NCBI GenBank assembly: GCA_963702005.1
Contig: OY969696.1
Span: 992,001 to 1,056,000 of the forward strand
Direction: 5' to 3'
DNA length: 64,000 nucleotides
Source: Candidatus Aminicenantes bacterium
GTDB taxonomy: Bacteria; Acidobacteriota; Aminicenantia; Aminicenantales; JAFGBC01
Position 1 is the first letter of the stretch. The number at the start of each line of letters is the position of its first letter. This document shows positions 28,527 to 37,784 of this stretch, one piece after another. Below the pieces are notes generated by a model, which worked only from the letters and a program-made list of their open reading frames with translations, was not told the origin of the DNA and did no database searches. The position numbers and the translations under genes are program-made.

Positions 28527-30659
28527 ATGTCGATGGTTCGATTCGTCCGCTCTCGCTTTCCGGCCGCGTCCGTTGGCTTGGTCGCCCTTCTCCTATTCGG
28601 GGCGGCCGCCCCTCCGACCGCGGCCGCGGCGACCAAGCCCAACATCCTGCTCATAACCATCGACACGCTCCGGGCCGACCATCTCGGCTGCTACGGCTAT
28701 ACCGACGTCAAAACGCCGGTCATCGACGCCCTGGCCGGCCGGGGCGTTCTTTTTTCCAGAGCCTTCGCCCACACTCCCGAGACGCTGCCCTCCCACACCA
28801 ACATCCTGCTCGGGCTCACCCCGAACGCCCACGGGGTCCACGACAACTCGAACTTCATCGTCCGGGAGGATTTCCCGACCCTGGCCGAATGGTTCAAGGC
28901 GCGGGGCTACGCCACCGGCGCCTTCGTCGGGGCCTTCCCGCTGGACTCGCGCTTCGGCCTGACCCGGGGGTTCGACGTCTACGACGACAACTACGGCAGC
29001 CAGGGGCCGATGGACCTCGTCTTCGTCGAGCGCAAGGCCGACGTCGTCGTGGGCAAAGCCCTGGAATGGCTGCGGGAACGCCGCGGCCCCTGGTTTCTGT
29101 GGGTCCATTGTTTCGACCCCCACCAGCCTTATGACCCGCCCGAACCCTTCAAGTCGCGATACGCGGAAAAGCCCTACGACGGCGAGATCGCCTTCGTCGA
29201 CTCCCAACTGGAGAGGCTCTTCGCCTATCTCAGGGAGCGCGGGCTCGAAAACGACACCGCCGTCGTCCTCACCGCCGACCACGGCGAGTCGTTGGGCGAG
29301 CACGGCGAGTCTAGCCACGGCTATTTCGCCTACAACGCGACGCTCCACGTCCCCTTGATTTTGGCCTTCCCGGGATGGAAAGCGGGCCGCCTGGACGCCG
29401 ACGTCTGCCACATCGATATCTTCCCCACGATCTGCGACTTTTTCGGCCAAAAACGGCCCGACGGCCTCCAGGGGCTGTCCCTGATTCCCCTCGTCCGGGG
29501 CAAGAGCCTTCCGGCCAGGCCCATCTATTTCGAAGCCCTCACGGCCTATTACAATAGGGGATGGGCGCCCCTCAAGGGCTACATCCAAGGCCGCGAGAAA
29601 TTCATCGAATCGCCGATCCCCGAGGTCTATGACCTGGACAAGGACTTCGACGAGCTCGACAACATTGCCGGGCGGACCGAGCTCCCGCGCTGTCGGAAGA
29701 CTCTGGCCGACCTCGTCCAAGCCGAGACGTCGCCGCTGGCCGGCAGGGCCGGCCAGGCCATGGACCGAGAGACCAGGGACAAGCTCCGCAGCCTCGGCTA
29801 TCTGGCTTCACAGCAGGGGCCGACCCGGAAAACCTTCACCGAGAAGGACGACCTCAAGACCCTGCTTCCTTACCATGTCAAATGGACTAGGGCCACGGCC
29901 GCCTATGCCGCCGGCCGGACCGAAGAGGGCATCGCCCTCCTCAAGGAGATCATCGCCGAGCGCAAGGATTTCGACTTGGCCTACACCTACCTGGCCAATT
30001 TCTACAAGAAACAGAGGAAGCCGCGGGACGCGGAGGCCGTGCTCCGCGAAGCCTACGCCAATAACCCGCAGAGCTTCCGGATCATAAACGCGCTGGCGAT
30101 CTCCCTGATCGACGAGGGCCGCTTCGACGAGTCGATCGACCTTCTCCAGAAATCGCTCGGCCTGATCGATTTCGACCCGGAAACCTGGAACTACCTGGGC
30201 GTGGCCTACTGGAACAAAGGGATCTTCGACCGGGCTCTCGACGCCTATGAGCGGGCTCTGGGCGTGGACCACGATTATCCCATCGTCTTCAACAACCGCG
30301 GCTCCCTCTACCTGTCCCGCTTCTTCAAGGGCCGGGATCAGGGGGACCTGGCCAAGGCCACGGCGGATTTCCGGAAGGCCGTCGAGCTCGACCCGAAATA
30401 CGCCTCCGCCTACAACGGCCTTGGCGTCAGCCTGCGCCAGTCGGGAGACAACGACGGCGCGATCGCGTCCTGGACCAAAGCCGTCGAGCTGAAGCCCGAT
30501 TTCGGCTTCGCCCTCTACAACCTCGGCCTGGGCCTGCTCGGCCGGGGAGATAAATCCCAAGCCCTCGTCTACCTCAGCCGCTACAAAGACCTGTTCTATT
30601 CGGACCTGCCGCCGCAGGAAAAAACTCGGCTGGATGAGCTCCTTCTGAAGTGCAAGTGA
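28527..30659 (+). CDS. Sulfatase-like (alkaline phosphatase superfamily) hydrolase/transferase with C-terminal TPRs
   Basis: PNILLITIDTLRADH, TLPSH, DPHQPY, TADHGE; TPR tail. Start moved to ATG 28527 or 28533. Confidence 0.9.
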   Translation: MSMVRFVRSRFPAASVGLVALLLFGAAAPPTAAAATKPNILLITIDTLRADHLGCYGYTDVKTPVIDALAGRGVLFSRAFAHTPETLPSHTNILLGLTPNAHGVHDNSNFIVREDFPTLAEWFKARGYATGAFVGAFPLDSRFGLTRGFDVYDDNYGSQGPMDLVFVERKADVVVGKALEWLRERRGPWFLWVHCFDPHQPYDPPEPFKSRYAEKPYDGEIAFVDSQLERLFAYLRERGLENDTAVVLTADHGESLGEHGESSHGYFAYNATLHVPLILAFPGWKAGRLDADVCHIDIFPTICDFFGQKRPDGLQGLSLIPLVRGKSLPARPIYFEALTAYYNRGWAPLKGYIQGREKFIESPIPEVYDLDKDFDELDNIAGRTELPRCRKTLADLVQAETSPLAGRAGQAMDRETRDKLRSLGYLASQQGPTRKTFTEKDDLKTLLPYHVKWTRATAAYAAGRTEEGIALLKEIIAERKDFDLAYTYLANFYKKQRKPRDAEAVLREAYANNPQSFRIINALAISLIDEGRFDESIDLLQKSLGLIDFDPETWNYLGVAYWNKGIFDRALDAYERALGVDHDYPIVFNNRGSLYLSRFFKGRDQGDLAKATADFRKAVELDPKYASAYNGLGVSLRQSGDNDGAIASWTKAVELKPDFGFALYNLGLGLLGRGDKSQALVYLSRYKDLFYSDLPPQEKTRLDELLLKCK

Positions 30660-30675
30660 CGCGAGGAGAGAGACC

Positions 30676-32784
30676 ATGAATAGAAATAAGAATAAGAATA
30701 ATCATAAGAATCTGGCCGCGGCCGCCGCCGTCATGCTCCTGGCCCTCGCGGCGGGATCGTCTGCCGGCCAGACCAAGGTCAAAGAAAAAGACCTGGCCCC
30801 GCCATTCCAGGAGTGGCTGCATCTGACCGCCTACCTCATCACGCCCGCCGAACGGGACGTTTTTTTTATGCTCGGCAACGACCGCGATCGGGAGGCCTTC
30901 ATCGATGCCTTCTGGAAGCAGCGGGACCCGACGCCGGCCACGCCTCAGAACGAGTACCGGGACGAGATCGTCAAGCGCTTCCGATACGTCAACGCCACCT
31001 TTCACCGCGGGACGAGCCGGCCGGGCTGGATGACGGACATGGGGCGGATCTTTATGATCCTCGGCCGGCCGACCAACATCGAGCGGTTCGAGAACTCTCC
31101 CAACATCCATCCGACCCAGGTCTGGTACTACTACGGAGACGCGGCCAAGAACCTGCCGACCAGTTTCGCCATCGTCTTTTTCCAGGCCCGGGGCGGCGAG
31201 TTCCGGCTCTACAACCCCGTTTCGGACGGGCCGGGGAGCCTCATCATCGACACGGAGGGCGTCGACCTGACCGACTACCAGGCCGTTTACGAGAAGATCC
31301 GCGGGCTGGCCCCGACCCTGGCCGGCGTCTCCATCTCCCTCATCCCCGGGCAAATCCCCTTCGGCTATACGCCGTCCCCCCAGTCCGAGCTCATCCTCTC
31401 GACCATCTTCGAATCGCCGAAGAAGGACATCAACCCCGCCTACGCCACTCATTTCCTGAGCTACAAGGGCATCGTCAGCACCGAGTACCTCACCAACTAC
31501 ATCGATAGCAGCGCCTCCCTGGCGCTCATCCGGGACCCCATCCTGGGCCTCGACTTCCTCCACTTCTCGCTGACGCCCCGCAAGCTCTCCCTCGATTTCT
31601 ACGGGCAGGGGAACCAGTACTACTGCAACTTCAAATTGAGCGTCAGCCTGCGCAAGGGGGAGGCCGTCGTCTTCCAGTATTCGAAGGACTATCCGTTCTA
31701 CCTGCCGCCCGACAAGGTCGAGAACGTCCAGGCGAACGGAGTGTCCATTCTCGACCTGTTCCCGATCGCCGAGGGGACCTACGGCCTGACCATCCTCCTC
31801 CAGAACACCGTGGGCAAGGAATTCTCCCTGTTCGAAAAGGAGGTGACCGTTCCGGCGGCCGGCGGACCGGTCCGGCTGACCGAGCCCGTCCTCGGCTACA
31901 AGCTCCAGGACGCGCCGGCGGCCGCCAACGTCCCGTTCAAGGTGCTGAACCAGCAAATCCTGACCGACCCCAAGGCGACGCTGGGCCGCGGCGACGATGT
32001 GGCCTACCGCCTCGGCATCCTTAACGTCACTCAGGACCTCTGGAATCGGGGCGAAGTCGAGGTCGTTATCGAAGGCTCGGCGGCCAAGGGGAAGCCCGTC
32101 AAGACGTTCAGCCAGAGGTTGGCCGACCTGCCCTTCCACCCGACGCTCAACGTCATCGGAGCCCTGCCGGCCCGGGATTTCGCGCCCGATTATTACGAGA
32201 TGAAGTTCAGCCTGAAGGACGGCGGGGGGGCGGTCCTGGACACGGCCTCCCTGCCTTTCATCATCTCGAGCGAGATCGCGATTCCCCATCCGGTCACGTT
32301 AAGCCGCTCCCTGCCGGCTGCCAACAACTTCTTGTATTTCTACGGGCTGGCCATCCAGTACGATAAGATCGGCGACCCGGCTCGGGCCGAAGCGGCCTAC
32401 CGGAAGGCCCTCGAGCTGAAGCCGGATTATCCGGAGGGCCTGTCCGACTTCGCCGATTTCCTGTTCCGGTCCAATAAATTCGACGAGGCCCTTCGGGTCG
32501 TCGAGCCGCTCAAGGACAACGACAAGTTCCGCTTCAATTATTTTCTGATCCGAGGCCGGGCCCTGCTGGAGAAGGGGGAATTCGGATCCGCCATCCAGAG
32601 CCTTCTCGACGGCAACAGAATCTACAACAGCGACACCCGGCTCCTCAATGCCCTGGGGTATTGCTACTACAAGACGGGCCGCAAGAAAGAAGCCTTGGAC
32701 GTCCTGGGCGCCTCGCTCCGCCTCAACCCCGAACAGGCGGACGTCAAGGCGCTCATCGGCACGATCGAAAAAGAGCTGAAGTAG
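30676..32784 (+). CDS. GWxTD domain protein with C-terminal TPRs
   Basis: FWKQRDPTPATPQNEY, GWMTDMGRIFMILGRP. Confidence 0.92.
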   Translation: MNRNKNKNNHKNLAAAAAVMLLALAAGSSAGQTKVKEKDLAPPFQEWLHLTAYLITPAERDVFFMLGNDRDREAFIDAFWKQRDPTPATPQNEYRDEIVKRFRYVNATFHRGTSRPGWMTDMGRIFMILGRPTNIERFENSPNIHPTQVWYYYGDAAKNLPTSFAIVFFQARGGEFRLYNPVSDGPGSLIIDTEGVDLTDYQAVYEKIRGLAPTLAGVSISLIPGQIPFGYTPSPQSELILSTIFESPKKDINPAYATHFLSYKGIVSTEYLTNYIDSSASLALIRDPILGLDFLHFSLTPRKLSLDFYGQGNQYYCNFKLSVSLRKGEAVVFQYSKDYPFYLPPDKVENVQANGVSILDLFPIAEGTYGLTILLQNTVGKEFSLFEKEVTVPAAGGPVRLTEPVLGYKLQDAPAAANVPFKVLNQQILTDPKATLGRGDDVAYRLGILNVTQDLWNRGEVEVVIEGSAAKGKPVKTFSQRLADLPFHPTLNVIGALPARDFAPDYYEMKFSLKDGGGAVLDTASLPFIISSEIAIPHPVTLSRSLPAANNFLYFYGLAIQYDKIGDPARAEAAYRKALELKPDYPEGLSDFADFLFRSNKFDEALRVVEPLKDNDKFRFNYFLIRGRALLEKGEFGSAIQSLLDGNRIYNSDTRLLNALGYCYYKTGRKKEALDVLGASLRLNPEQADVKALIGTIEKELK

Positions 32785-32817
32785 CCGGGAATCCCGGCGG
32801 CCTTGACATCGTGGCTT

Positions 32818-33438
32818 TCAAAAACCACGGCTTTTAGTTGTTATTTTTTTAAAAAACCTTTTAGGGATAAATCTCGGGACTTGACGGCAGTATTCTTCAT
32901 ACTCTTTCCCGAAGCGCTGATGAAGTTCCCGTTCCTCTAAAATCACCACAATAAAAAAAAGAGGTATTGAAAGAACAAACATCAAGTAGGCGGCCGGATA
33001 ATTGGCAAGCAGAGTATAGCCCAGGGTGAACAGGCTGGCTTCTACATAGCGGGGGTGCCGGATCCATGCATAGGGGCCGCCGGAGAGCAATTCCCCCGGG
33101 TATTTTTTTTGGGAAAGTTCGGGATTGCCGGCGAGTAAACCAAAAGTCAGGTATTGGCGGCGTTTTTTACTAATGTAAATGGCCGCTCCCATACAAACCA
33201 GCCCTAAGCTAATCGGAATAATATTTGTTCCGAGATCTTTTGCCAAAATTGATTTCCGGTATAGATATATTCCTCCCATCCAGACTAGCGAGGGGATGCT
33301 GAGTATGCCATAGGTCAAGGCAATACCCAAACGGCGCCAAAAAGAGGCCAGGGGATGAATAAATATCCATAAAAACAAGGCCACCGGATAGCTCATTAAA
33401 ACCATCATGGCTATGACATATCTGATTGTATTGATCAT
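32818..33438 (-). CDS. Isoprenylcysteine carboxyl methyltransferase/PEMT family membrane protein
   Basis: GPYAWIRHPRY, EERELHQRFGKEYEEYCRQVPRFIP; AT-rich. Confidence 0.88.
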   Translation of the reverse strand: MINTIRYVIAMMVLMSYPVALFLWIFIHPLASFWRRLGIALTYGILSIPSLVWMGGIYLYRKSILAKDLGTNIIPISLGLVCMGAAIYISKKRRQYLTFGLLAGNPELSQKKYPGELLSGGPYAWIRHPRYVEASLFTLGYTLLANYPAAYLMFVLSIPLFFIVVILEERELHQRFGKEYEEYCRQVPRFIPKRFFKKITTKSRGF

Positions 33439-33778
33439 TTTATCTCCAAAGGATAAATTATATTAAATTATAAGGTTCAGGTCTTGCATTACGATTTATT
33501 TGCAATTATAAAAAGCATGATAGCAAGACCAGCCCCCATTTGCCACGATGATATTCCGTTGGCGGCCTCATCAACATCACCTTGACGGATGCCGAGACGG
33601 GCGAAATGGGAGAGGGGGCCCTCTTTTTCAGAGAGCTTGGGGACGGTCGTTTAGTTTTTTAGAATTTTCTGAAGCCTGGTGAGGACTAAGACCAAGCCGG
33701 AGGCCGAGCGGGAGGGCAAGTACATGTTCCGGCCGGTCCGGGAGCTTTCGGCCCATTCCTACAAGGAGGATATCGAAC

Positions 33779-35083
33779 ATGCTGACACCAAGATCCGCCA
33801 CAAGATTGATTCTTCTCCTGACCATGATCCTTTGCTCGGGTCCACTCACAGCGGCGACTTACTACCTTTCTCCGGCCGGATCCGACTCAAACCCCGGCAC
33901 AGCGGTTAGCCCCTGGCGCACATTCCAGAAGGCGGCGTCAGCGGTCCGCGCCGGCGACACAGTGATTGTCCGCGATGGGACGTACACGGGCGGGGTGTCG
34001 ATCGAAACCCCGGGAACGGGCAGCAAGCCGATCGTGTTCAAGGCCGAGGGAAGTCATGCCGTCATTCAGGGGAGCGGCGGCGAGCGGGATGCCTTATATG
34101 TCGATGGATACTCCCTCGGGGACCCGTGGTGGAAGGGCGCGGACATGTACATTACGATCGAGGGGCTTACCATCCGGAACGCCACCCGGGGCGGCATTCG
34201 CATCTCTTGTGCGCACCACGTGACCGTGCGCAACTGCATTCTCACGCGGAACGGCACCTGGGGCATTTTCACCGATTACTCGAATTACTCACTCCTCCAG
34301 GACAATGAGTGCAGCTACTCCGGCGACGAGCACGGAATCTACGTGAGCAACAGCAGCGACTTCCCGATCATCCGCGGAAACCGCGTCCACCACAACTCAT
34401 CATCGGGGATCCAGATCAACGCGGATCCAGCGATGGAGGATGGCGACGGAATCACGACCGGCGCGGTGATCGAGCGGAACATCGTCTATGAAAACGGCCG
34501 CCGCGGCGGCTCGGCCATCAACCTGGCATCCGTCCGGAGCTCGTTCGTGCAGAACAACCTCCTCTACGACAATTATGCCGGCGGGATCGCCTGCTGGGCA
34601 GATGGCAACGGGCCGGCGTGGGGGTGTAAGAACAACCGGATCTATAACAACACGGTGTTCTTCAGGAGTACCCGGGGCCGCTGGACGATTTCCCTCAAGG
34701 AAGGCAGCAGCGGCAATCAGATCCGCAACAACATCCTCTGTGGCGGCCGTGACGGAGTTCTCGAGTTCGACGACTCGCAGTCGACCAAGGGCCTCAAGAT
34801 GGATTACAACCTCTTCTACCGGGCCGGGTCGAACCTTGTTGTCACATGGGAGGATGAGGCCGATTACACGCTCGACGAGTGGCAAGTCCAGTATCATCAG
34901 GACGCGCATTCGATTTCAGCGGCGCCCGCTTCCGTCTTCGTGAACATGGGCAAGGCCAACTTCCACCTCAAGAGCGGTTCCCCATGTATCAACGCCGGTG
35001 ACCCGGCCAAGAAGTTCAACGATCCGGACGGCACGCGTAACGACATGGGAGCGTACGGCGGACCCAAGGCTCTGGCGCGATGA
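33779..35083 (+). CDS. Right-handed parallel beta-helix (pectin lyase-like) secreted protein
   Basis: TYYLSPAGSDSNPGT..PWRTFQKAA, HGIYVSNS, NN-rich repeats, DMGAYGG. Confidence 0.88.
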   Translation: MLTPRSATRLILLLTMILCSGPLTAATYYLSPAGSDSNPGTAVSPWRTFQKAASAVRAGDTVIVRDGTYTGGVSIETPGTGSKPIVFKAEGSHAVIQGSGGERDALYVDGYSLGDPWWKGADMYITIEGLTIRNATRGGIRISCAHHVTVRNCILTRNGTWGIFTDYSNYSLLQDNECSYSGDEHGIYVSNSSDFPIIRGNRVHHNSSSGIQINADPAMEDGDGITTGAVIERNIVYENGRRGGSAINLASVRSSFVQNNLLYDNYAGGIACWADGNGPAWGCKNNRIYNNTVFFRSTRGRWTISLKEGSSGNQIRNNILCGGRDGVLEFDDSQSTKGLKMDYNLFYRAGSNLVVTWEDEADYTLDEWQVQYHQDAHSISAAPASVFVNMGKANFHLKSGSPCINAGDPAKKFNDPDGTRNDMGAYGGPKALAR

Positions 35084-35232
35084 TCGCCCGTGCGCGCCTG
35101 CACCGACCGCATGGGTCATCGTGAGGGCGCGCGTTCGACCGCCGAGACCGTGGGTCGGATCAGCGGCCACCTGAAGCTACAGTTCGCGGCGGCGAAGCCG
35201 CCGCTCTTGCGTGTCCTCGAGCAGGTCGCGCT

Positions 35233-35320
35233 CGCGGCGGCCGGTACCGATCGCTTAGTCTAAGAAGCGAATTCTTCAAGGGCGGATTTCCGGTTTTCGG
35301 AAGTCCGCCCTTTTTCTTTT
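35233..35320 (+). pseudogene. RRM gene 3' remnant plus terminator (empty-site version)
   Basis: CGCGGCGGCCGGTACCGATCGCTTAGTCTAAGAAGCGAATTCTTCAAGGGCGGATTTCC..GGAAGTCCGCCC-T tract. Confidence 0.75.
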
Positions 35321-35390
35321 TAATGGGGGGGGCAGTCCTTAATGGCTTATGCAGGGAAACGAATGTTGGCATAAGCGCCTATCCACGAGC

Positions 35391-35430
35391 TTGCCCTACA
35401 TTTATCCGCAGTGCTTATTTTGTAGGGTAA
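35391..35430. repeat. Palindromic-arm site, copy 1 (abuts the NTase stop codon)
   Basis: TTGCCCTACA-N20-TGTAGGGTAA. Confidence 0.75.
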
Positions 35431-35431
35431 T

Positions 35432-36427
35432 TTACCGCAATAAGGCCTGCAGCCGTCGGATGACGCCCTGCTCAAGCGGCATGATATCCTCGGCTTTTGC
35501 CAGCGATCGCCTTATCTGGGCCTTCCATTTTCCCCGCAAGCCGCCCCAGAGACCCGACAATCGGGTTGTTTCAGATTTTTCGGCTAATACGTATTTCCCG
35601 GCATAAATCCCCTGCCGGATGTCCTTTTCCCTTTTGTTCCAGCGCTCCGGACGCGCGGCGATGAACAACTTATGCAGAAGGAAGGCTGACGGGCTGGGCA
35701 CCTTAGCACGTATCCCTCTGCCCAATTTCAAGATTATGGGATCGGCAAAGAGGATATCGAGGAACCTCAATTCCTGCGGAGTGAGGGCGATCTCCTTAAT
35801 GTGCCGAGGGGGGAGAGTGCCGTTTTTCCGCTCCCGAGATACGAACTCGACTTTCATTCTGTTCCCCGTGAAAAACATGGAACCGTCCGGGTTGAAATGC
35901 TGGCTGAACCCCAGACGCTGCAAAAACTCGCTGAGGTTAAAGGCTCGACCCTTGAACGGCCGGGGCACCAGAATATCCAGGTCATCTGTTTTCAGCGGGT
36001 ACTTTTCCATCGGCAGGTGCTTTTGATAGAGAAGAAAACACCAGCTGCCGATGATTTCGAATCCGGCATCCCATAATTTCTGCTCGGTCAGGGTACGGAA
36101 GATCTCGAGCAGGGGGTCTGCGAGATCGAGCTCTCCTCCTCGAACCGACCTGAGGAGCCGCAATCCTTCGCGGACACGGGGTAGTTCCCTCTCCAGGCGA
36201 TCCCTTTCAGCCAGGCTGTCGCGCAGCTCGCGAGGCACCTCTTTGCCGATGTAGTCGGTTTTCACCGAGCGGCCCTTTCGATACTGAAGATAGCAATAAA
36301 CTTCGCCGCCGATCTTCTTCGATCGAATGCGGCCCTTGGGCAGCAGAGCCAGCCGCGCGGAAATCTTCCTTTCCTGTTCCCGATAGAAGTCCGCGTTCTC
36401 GCTGAGCGTTTCCTTGAGGTCTTTCAT
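35432..36427 (-). CDS. GSU2403-family nucleotidyltransferase-fold protein with basic N-terminal domain
   Basis: IIGSWCFLLYQ...KTDDLDIL, VPSPSAFLLHKL, KREKDIRQ; N-terminal YCYLQYRKG..YIGK. Confidence 0.85.
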   Translation of the reverse strand: MKDLKETLSENADFYREQERKISARLALLPKGRIRSKKIGGEVYCYLQYRKGRSVKTDYIGKEVPRELRDSLAERDRLERELPRVREGLRLLRSVRGGELDLADPLLEIFRTLTEQKLWDAGFEIIGSWCFLLYQKHLPMEKYPLKTDDLDILVPRPFKGRAFNLSEFLQRLGFSQHFNPDGSMFFTGNRMKVEFVSRERKNGTLPPRHIKEIALTPQELRFLDILFADPIILKLGRGIRAKVPSPSAFLLHKLFIAARPERWNKREKDIRQGIYAGKYVLAEKSETTRLSGLWGGLRGKWKAQIRRSLAKAEDIMPLEQGVIRRLQALLR

Positions 36428-36436
36428 GAGGGCATC

Positions 36437-36477
36437 TTACCCTACATTTATGATGTTGTCAATAATATGTAGGGTAA
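36437..36477. repeat. Palindromic-arm site, copy 2, overlapping the NTase promoter
   Basis: TTACCCTACA-N21-TGTAGGGTAA. On the minus strand TTGACA(36462-57)-17-TAAGAT(36439-34)-6 nt-ATG overlaps it. Confidence 0.75.
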
Positions 36478-36508
36478 TGGGTAATCCTTTCATGCGGATG
36501 GCCGAGAA

Positions 36509-36744
36509 GGGAGGTGAGTATGAATATCGGGTGATCATAAGCGGGGAGGCGGTGCTCTCAAGGTCGCCTCCGCGCTCAACGGCAAGGACCTCAAAGGCCG
36601 GAACCTGAAGGTCAACGAGGCCCAGGCCCGGACCTACCGGCCCCGCACGGCCGCTTCGGCCTGTACTCATGAGCCCGTGCTAACGGCTCCATGAGTGCGG
36701 GCGGGTTCGGCGGCCGCAGCGGCCGGTACCGATCGCTTAGTCAA
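36509..36744 (+). pseudogene. Collapsed RRM gene, RBS to stop region
   Basis: GGAGGTGAGT-ATG AAT ATC (MNI)...SALNGKDLKGRNLKVNEAQARTYRPRT...GGFGGRSGRY, interrupted by a hairpin module at 36664-36697. Confidence 0.85.
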
Positions 36745-37069
36745 CCCCTCGACACCCATACTAAGCCGAGAACGGCTTAGTATGAGTGCTGCAAGGCTAC
36801 TCCCCGGCCGAAGCTCCACGGCCTAATGCTCGTTGGAGCGCCAGTACTCATGAACCGTTTCCGGTTCGTGAGTGTATGAATGCCGGGGCTTGTTCGGGGC
36901 TGAAGCTCCACAGACTTTCACGTGGAGCTTCTGCCCTGAGCCCACTCAGCTCCATTCCTTCTAAAAGGGCTGAGTGCAAAAGTGTCGCTTCTCGTCCCCG
37001 CCTTGAAAGGCGGGGCTCCGATTTTAAGCCCCGCCTATCAGGGCGGGGTAGCGTCGGCGAACGGGTCAA
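36740..37069 (-). mobile_element. Non-autonomous IS200/IS605-like palindromic element (copy B), inserted between the RRM remnant and its terminator
   Basis: Bounded by GTCAA at 36740-44 and 37065-69; absent from the equivalent sites at 35256 and 40626. Contains CTACCCCGCCCTGATAGGCGGGGCTT-type end hairpins. Confidence 0.72.
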
Positions 37070-37126
37070 GAAGCGAATTTACCAAGAGCGGATTTCCCGG
37101 GATGGGAAGTCCGCCCTTTATTTTTT
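37070..37126 (+). terminator. Terminator of the RRM-remnant family
   Basis: GAAGCGAATTT..GAGCGGATTTCCCGGGATGGGAAGTCCGCCC-TTTATTTTTT. Confidence 0.75.
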
Positions 37127-37423
37127 AAACGTCGATATCCGGTCACTCTCCGGCTGGGGGCGAAACCCGGCAGCGGGAAGGTTCATGATGAATCGGTTCA
37201 GGGTTTGCCCGTAAGGGCTGTCGATGCTTTTTCGTCTTGACAGTCTCATTCGTCATAAATTACTATAATAATCAGGGGATAAGGGAAGAATCAAAGCGAT
37301 GCGGCGGTTTCCGTCGTCGGAAAAAAAAGTTATTTTCGTTTCCCCTTGGGGAGCGCCCGACAGGGCTTTCTAAACTTCGCGCAGCTTAAGGGGCGGCCAT
37401 CCCCTTGAGTGAAGGAGGGTATT

Positions 37424-37720
37424 ATGAAATTGGCTCTTCTGATCCTTTTTTGGGGTTTCTCCGGCTGGCTTGTCTGTTTTATTCTTAAGACGGATCCTCC
37501 CTGTCCCAAACTCCGGATCTGTTTTCTCCACTTCGTTACGGGGGTGGGCGGAGGCCTGCTGTATTATTATGCGTTTGCGCTGAAAGAGAGCTTCACGGGC
37601 ATCGACTTTCTCGCCTCCTCCTATGCGGCTTTTATTGCCTCCCTTTTCTTGGCCACTTTCGTGTGGTGCCCGAAGTTGATCGCACGCGGGAAACCCGAGA
37701 TCGATCAAAAAAGGAAATAA
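37424..37720 (+). CDS. Small membrane protein (about 3 TM)
   Basis: AAGGAGGG RBS, ATG 37424, hydrophobic segments. Confidence 0.65.
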   Translation: MKLALLILFWGFSGWLVCFILKTDPPCPKLRICFLHFVTGVGGGLLYYYAFALKESFTGIDFLASSYAAFIASLFLATFVWCPKLIARGKPEIDQKRK

Positions 37721-37784
37721 AAAAAAGGCCGATTCAGAAGACGTCCCCGGCTTTTAGGGTGAGGTCTGAGAACCGGCGGTCTCA

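Noticed and set aside
37130-37410. Possible riboswitch upstream of the small membrane protein and kinase
   Set aside because: Only short hairpins; I could not match a known aptamer consensus by eye.
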